Source: a virus
Taxonomy: Duplodnaviria > Caudoviricetes
DNA length: 27,501 bases
Direction: 5' to 3' (one strand)
IMG/VR virus record: IMGVR_UViG_3300049042_000403
Location: 1-27,501 of that record
In this document: positions 23,691 to 27,501 of the stretch, one piece after another
Layout: every line of letters begins with the position of its first letter
How positions within the stretch are numbered: the first letter of the stretch is position 1
Made by a program: the position numbers and the translations under genes
Notes under the pieces: model-generated
Database searches by the model: none
What the model was told of the DNA's origin: nothing
What the model saw: only the letters and a program-made list of their open reading frames with translations

Positions 23691-24104
23691 TTAGGCGAGG
23701 GTGAGTTTTTGGTTCATGACTTCGCCGACTGTGATCGGCGACCAGTAAAGGTCTAACTCCGCACCGGCTTCGAGAAGTTCGGGGATGCTAATGTAGCCAA
23801 GCTCCGGCTCGTATCCTAGGCAGGCCACGCCAAAGGCTTGGTGCTGCTCTTGCTCCATGTCGCGCTCAACGATCCACCAATCACAACCGCCCTTGAAATA
23901 ATGAAGAGAGATTTTGGCGCTGCGACCTTGGCCGTCAGTTTCGTAGGTTTTTGGCATCGTCTCGATGGTGGTTTCGATTTCAGCCATTTTGTTGGCGAAA
24001 AACTCGCTCTCGTCTCCCTTAAGAGAGAGGTGGAACAATGTGCGGAGCTGGGATTCTCCGATGAAGTTTTTGAGGGTTTTTAGCGTGGCGGCTTGTGTGT
24101 TCAT
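23691..24104 (-). CDS. DUF2958-like protein
   Basis: MPKTYETDG..LHYF..DWWIVE..AFG..ELGYISIPEL..ELDLYW signature. Confidence 0.7.
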   Translation of the reverse strand: MNTQAATLKTLKNFIGESQLRTLFHLSLKGDESEFFANKMAEIETTIETMPKTYETDGQGRSAKISLHYFKGGCDWWIVERDMEQEQHQAFGVACLGYEPELGYISIPELLEAGAELDLYWSPITVGEVMNQKLTLA

Positions 24105-24128
24105 TTTATGTTGTGGGGTTGAGGTTAG

Positions 24129-24377
24129 TTAGGCGGCGAGGATTTGGTTTGCGTAGAAACTTGGGCACATGCTGTAGCGTTGCGGGCAAATGAATTCGAC
24201 GCCGTTCCATTCATCAATTTTCGCCTTGCGAACTTTGCCATCGTATTCGATCTGTGCGGTTTTTGGGGTGCGGGAAATAACGCGCAGGCTGTAGATGCAA
24301 TCGTAATTGCATGTTGAGCGTGTCGCGAGGATTTGGCCGGGTTTGATTTTTGTTTCGGTGGTGCGGATGAGGTTCAT
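24129..24377 (-). CDS. Hypothetical protein (82 aa, small beta-barrel-like)
   Basis: First gene after the cassette promoter; RVISRTPKT motif. Confidence 0.7.
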   Translation of the reverse strand: MNLIRTTETKIKPGQILATRSTCNYDCIYSLRVISRTPKTAQIEYDGKVRKAKIDEWNGVEFICPQRYSMCPSFYANQILAA

Positions 24378-24433
24378 TTTTTGTCGTTGGTTTTTGGTTT
24401 TTGTCTCTGCCGTGGGGGCTTCGATCTGGGATG

Positions 24434-24462
24434 ACTATCTCACCAACTTGATTTCTCGTCAA
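24434..24462 (-). promoter_or_regulatory. Sigma70-type promoter of the accessory cassette
   Basis: TTGACG-17 nt-GATAGT with TG extension and AT-rich upstream DNA. Confidence 0.7.
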
Positions 24463-24534
24463 CAATTTTTTATCAAGAAATGAAAATAATTTTGGTGGCT
24501 TGCGGAGCCGCTTAAAACCTAGCTCGGCGGGCGG

Positions 24535-24582
24535 GTTCGGGGAAAAGTTCGGGGAAAAGTTAGGGGAAAAGTTCGGGGAAAA
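24535..24582 (+). repeat. Tandem repeat 4 x GTT(C/A)GGGGAAAA
   Basis: 12-bp units at 24535, 24547, 24559 and 24571. Confidence 0.92.
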
Positions 24583-24583
24583 T

Positions 24584-24799
24584 TTAGGACATCCCGAAGA
24601 TTTTCATAAGGTCGGCAACGGCGGTGGGGTTTTCTGGCTGAGGGGGTGGGGCGTGTTCGTCTTCGCCTTCGTGGAGGGCCAAGTCCCATGTCTGGTCGAA
24701 CATCTTGCGGAGGCCGCGCGTTGACAAAGTCACATTTCCATCGCGCTCAAATGCGGGATTCTTTGCGCAGTATATTTTCCAGAGTTGGGATTTTTTCAT
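24584..24799 (-). CDS. Hypothetical protein (71 aa, MKKSQLWKIY...)
   Basis: ATGA overlap with the TerL stop; the real 3' part of the 644-aa shadow ORF. Confidence 0.65.
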   Translation of the reverse strand: MKKSQLWKIYCAKNPAFERDGNVTLSTRGLRKMFDQTWDLALHEGEDEHAPPPQPENPTAVADLMKIFGMS

Positions 24800-26475
24800 T
24801 TGAATTCGATGGCTCCGGCTTTGCGGAGTTGTTGCGCGCAGGCGTAGTTGAGGCGAACGGAGTCGGCGAAGTGGTCGCCTGCGACCGAGCGCCATTCCTT
24901 GCGGCCTTTTTTGCTGACGATGATTTTTTGCCCCATGAAGGCGGACAGGAATTCTTCGCCGGAGTCTTTTGGGAAAAATAGAAAGGGGGATTTCCGCTTG
25001 GCGATGCGGTCGATGAAGAGGGAGACTTTCGACGCGAATTCGTTGACGGTGTAGAGGGGCATCGTCGGGTATTCCTTGAGCACGCTTTCGCTGATGCTGC
25101 CGAAATTCGCGCCGGAGCCTTTGGCCGGGAAAAAGAAATTTCCCGAGAGATAGCAGGCGCGATAAACGGCGTTGGCGTTGAAGCCTGAGTCGAGGAGGCC
25201 GCCGATGGGGGTGACTTCCCTGCCGTCGGGCGTTTTGAATTTCTGCGACTGCGCGATCTGGATCATGTCGTCGATGCCGGTGACGGTGCCGTAGTCGAGC
25301 ACATAGGAGTCTCCGTTTTCCGAAAAGGCCATGGTCGTCCAGTGCGAGGTGTCTTGGCCGACATCCGCTGACAGGGTGATGGCGACGGGCTCGATGGGGC
25401 AGGCTCCTCGGAGGTAGTCTTTGCGACAGGCGAGCACCTCGGCGCTGGTGGCTCCGGTGCCTTGGACGGTCCACCGGCGGGCGTTGCGCTTTTGGATGAA
25501 TTGTTTCATGGCCTCGGTGTCTCCGGCCTTGCGGTCGAGATCGGCCTTGACCCACTCGACAGCGAGCGATCCCCACGGAATCCACCAGACGGCGCTGGCA
25601 TCGTAGTGGAAGGCGATGCGACCGGGCGCGCCGTGCGACTTCACGATGTAGCGGGAGCCGGAGGACAGGGCGCGGCGGATGCGCGGGTCGTCCATGTATT
25701 CGTGCGAGCATGTGGGGCAGACGAGCCGCGCGCTCTTTGCGACGCGATCCCAGAGCATGGCGCCATTGGCGTCGGTCTCTCGGTCGAAGGCTATGTTTTT
25801 GAAATCCCACGGATGCACTTCGCCGCATAGGCACTGCCAGGAGAATTCGCGCCTTTCGCATAGGTCTTCTGCGTCGTGGAAATCGTCGCCTTCCTCGCCG
25901 CCTTGGGAAACGAGGATGCGGCGGGCGTTCCATCGGTCGTGGGTGCGCCGGCGGAATTCCTCGAGCATGCCGCGCTTCCATCGCCAGACCTCGTCGGCGA
26001 TGGCCCAGCGGATGGATTTTTCTTGGAGGCTGGTGAGGTTGGCCCCGCCGATGAAGAGGGGCATGTGGGGAAAGAGGATCTCCGTCTTGCGCTTTTGGTG
26101 GCGGTCTTTCGGGAAGAGCTTGGCGACTGATGGGATGGCTTCGAGCATCGGACCGAGGCGCGACTCGGCCCACTGCTTGGCGGTCTTGTCCGTCTGGCCG
26201 GTCACCAATGTCGGGCCGGGGTTCTCGCTGATGATCCACGCCAGAAGCGCCTCGAATAGCGTTGTCTTGCCGCTGCCGACAGGCGCGCAAATGATGATCT
26301 CGTCGTTGGTGTCTTTGGCGATTTCCTCGATGGGCTCGTTCATCCATTGCGCTGTCGTGGAATCGAATTGCGTATTCCGAGCCGAATGCGGGACGACGAC
26401 ATGGCGGGCCATCCATTGCACCGGACTCAGCCGCTCGCCGGGGTTGACTCCGAGTTTGAAGAATTCCGCAATCAT
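24796..26475 (-). CDS. terL: Terminase large subunit, lambda gpA family
   Basis: Walker A PVGSGKT, Walker B WAIADE, CLCG/CPTC Zn knuckle, nuclease ADVG, DSGF, DHFADS. Confidence 0.93.
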   Translation of the reverse strand: MIAEFFKLGVNPGERLSPVQWMARHVVVPHSARNTQFDSTTAQWMNEPIEEIAKDTNDEIIICAPVGSGKTTLFEALLAWIISENPGPTLVTGQTDKTAKQWAESRLGPMLEAIPSVAKLFPKDRHQKRKTEILFPHMPLFIGGANLTSLQEKSIRWAIADEVWRWKRGMLEEFRRRTHDRWNARRILVSQGGEEGDDFHDAEDLCERREFSWQCLCGEVHPWDFKNIAFDRETDANGAMLWDRVAKSARLVCPTCSHEYMDDPRIRRALSSGSRYIVKSHGAPGRIAFHYDASAVWWIPWGSLAVEWVKADLDRKAGDTEAMKQFIQKRNARRWTVQGTGATSAEVLACRKDYLRGACPIEPVAITLSADVGQDTSHWTTMAFSENGDSYVLDYGTVTGIDDMIQIAQSQKFKTPDGREVTPIGGLLDSGFNANAVYRACYLSGNFFFPAKGSGANFGSISESVLKEYPTMPLYTVNEFASKVSLFIDRIAKRKSPFLFFPKDSGEEFLSAFMGQKIIVSKKGRKEWRSVAGDHFADSVRLNYACAQQLRKAGAIEFK

Positions 26476-26876
26476 TCGTCGGCGAGGGTTTTGAGGATGC
26501 GGTTGATTTCGTCCTCAAGGATCGGGACCATCTGAGCCGCCGATAGCCCCTCGAGCCGCCCAGGCAATGCGCCCACCCACGAAAGGAGTTGAGCCTTCAC
26601 GGCCATGCCGAGCGCAATCATTTCTTCCTCTACTTTCTCTTTCGCAATGTGTTTTCCCTTCGTCACCTCCAAGAGATATTCGATGCGGTCGCCCTCGAGC
26701 TTGAGCTTCCTCAGCCTCGCCGCCTTCATGTCCTCCACCGGCATTCCGGTCGTATCGGATTCGGCGGCGAGGTTGCGAGCCTGCCGTTTCGTTACAGCAA
26801 GCTCGTCGGCAATGCGATCCGTTACCGGATTGCGCGGGCGACCCTTGCCTCTCTTTGGGGTGATCTTCGGTTTCAT
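26472..26876 (-). CDS. Terminase small subunit (Nu1-like)
   Basis: HTH (IADELAVTKRQARNL), coiled coil, GKHI..ALPGRL; overlaps the terL start. Confidence 0.8.
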   Translation of the reverse strand: MKPKITPKRGKGRPRNPVTDRIADELAVTKRQARNLAAESDTTGMPVEDMKAARLRKLKLEGDRIEYLLEVTKGKHIAKEKVEEEMIALGMAVKAQLLSWVGALPGRLEGLSAAQMVPILEDEINRILKTLADE

Positions 26877-26944
26877 TATAGGGAAATGGGAATTTTATTG
26901 CTCACACGAAACTAACGAGCGACTGGCAAACTGCTGGAGTCGAG

Positions 26945-27397
26945 TCAGTTGGTAGGGTTCCCATGCCCACCCCCTCCAATGAGCAAGCGAATGCGCGCGG
27001 CCTCCTGCTCGAATGGCGTGAGGAGTTCGAGCGCGCGGTTGAGCCGGTCGGCGTCCCACCCAGTGATCTCGGAATCCATCTTGCGCTGCCAGAGTTCGAA
27101 CTTCTGTGACAACCCTTCGATGGTGATAATAGCGCGCGTCTTGTCGGCTGGGTTCAGTGCAGGCTTGGCATCTGGCAGGTTGAGGCCGAGATCAAGCTCG
27201 AGCTGAGCCTCGGTGTCCGCACAAAACTCCACGCCCCAGCGCCCCGTGCTGTAGTCGCGGGATTGCTGTAGCCACTTGGTCGCGGCCTTCTTGCATACGA
27301 GGATGTCGCGGTGAATCGCGGTCCACTCGGCAGGTGTGAGGGTGTCGGGTAGGTTCAGCGCGTGAAGCGTGAACATGGTCGTGTCGATTAGTTGCAT
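26945..27397 (-). CDS. Hypothetical protein (150 aa)
   Basis: Clean helical ORF with AC-rich leader. Confidence 0.7.
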   Translation of the reverse strand: MQLIDTTMFTLHALNLPDTLTPAEWTAIHRDILVCKKAATKWLQQSRDYSTGRWGVEFCADTEAQLELDLGLNLPDAKPALNPADKTRAIITIEGLSQKFELWQRKMDSEITGWDADRLNRALELLTPFEQEAARIRLLIGGGGHGNPTN

Positions 27398-27501
27398 GGT
27401 GTTGTTGTTTTGGTTTTTAGTCTGCGAATGGCAGCCGCCTTGGCCGCCGTGAATGGATCGGTCGCCTTCGCTGCGAAGGTCGCCCGTGATGAGTTGCGCT
27501 T
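27388..27501 (-). CDS. 3' end of an upstream gene (partial)
   Basis: Open frame KRNSSRATF...TPCN* running from the window edge. Confidence 0.4.
   Translation of the reverse strand, partial: KRNSSRATFAAKATDPFTAAKAAAIRRLKTKTTTPCN

Larger units (their letters stand above)
1..27501 (-). mobile_element. Temperate siphovirus-like phage genome segment (packaging, head, tail, lysis, attP, integrase)
   Basis: Co-oriented lambda-like morphogenesis gene order plus integrase and tRNA-derived att core; phage genes lie on both sides of the att core. Confidence 0.95.

Noticed and set aside
22450-24454. 12-bp identity CCAACTTGATTT in the portal 5' end (22450-61) and the cassette promoter (24443-54)
   Set aside because: Roughly 20 chance 12-mer pairs are expected in 27.5 kb under a uniform-base estimate; insufficient on its own
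24584-26518. 644-aa ORF overlapping terL
   Set aside because: Arg/Pro-rich shadow frame of GC-rich coding DNA; only the last 71 codons look like a real gene

Overview
The window is about 27.5 kb of a temperate, lambda-like long-tailed phage, with essentially all real genes on the minus strand. In transcription order (right to left) it holds: small and large terminase (lambda Nu1/gpA type); a separately promoted accessory cassette (DUF2958-like protein, RHH regulator, small ORFs); a candidate structured ncRNA; gpW-like adaptor, lambda-type portal, ClpP protease with nested scaffold and major capsid; head-tail proteins and two tandem small tail-tube-like paralogues; a tail chaperone with a -1 frameshift; tape measure; variable tail-tip and fibre genes; a lysis cassette; a metallophosphoesterase; an attP-like site (3' half of tRNA-Thr(CGT) with arm repeats on both sides); and a tyrosine integrase. 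A PVC-group host such as Verrucomicrobia is an inference only. Three signals stand out. (1) A TTTGACA motif with no -10 box sits 13-14 nt upstream of start codons across the late region, suggesting single-element late promoters that make leaderless mRNAs, including one inside the protease gene. (2) A nested-stem ncRNA candidate between terminase and portal has the same promoter geometry and its own terminator. (3) A tRNA-minihelix mimic ending in ACCA lies inside the accessory cassette. REPIN-like 3x9-mer palindromes, a possible daisy-chained fibre and a G-tract repeat are also noted. All calls were made by eye; no database searches were run.
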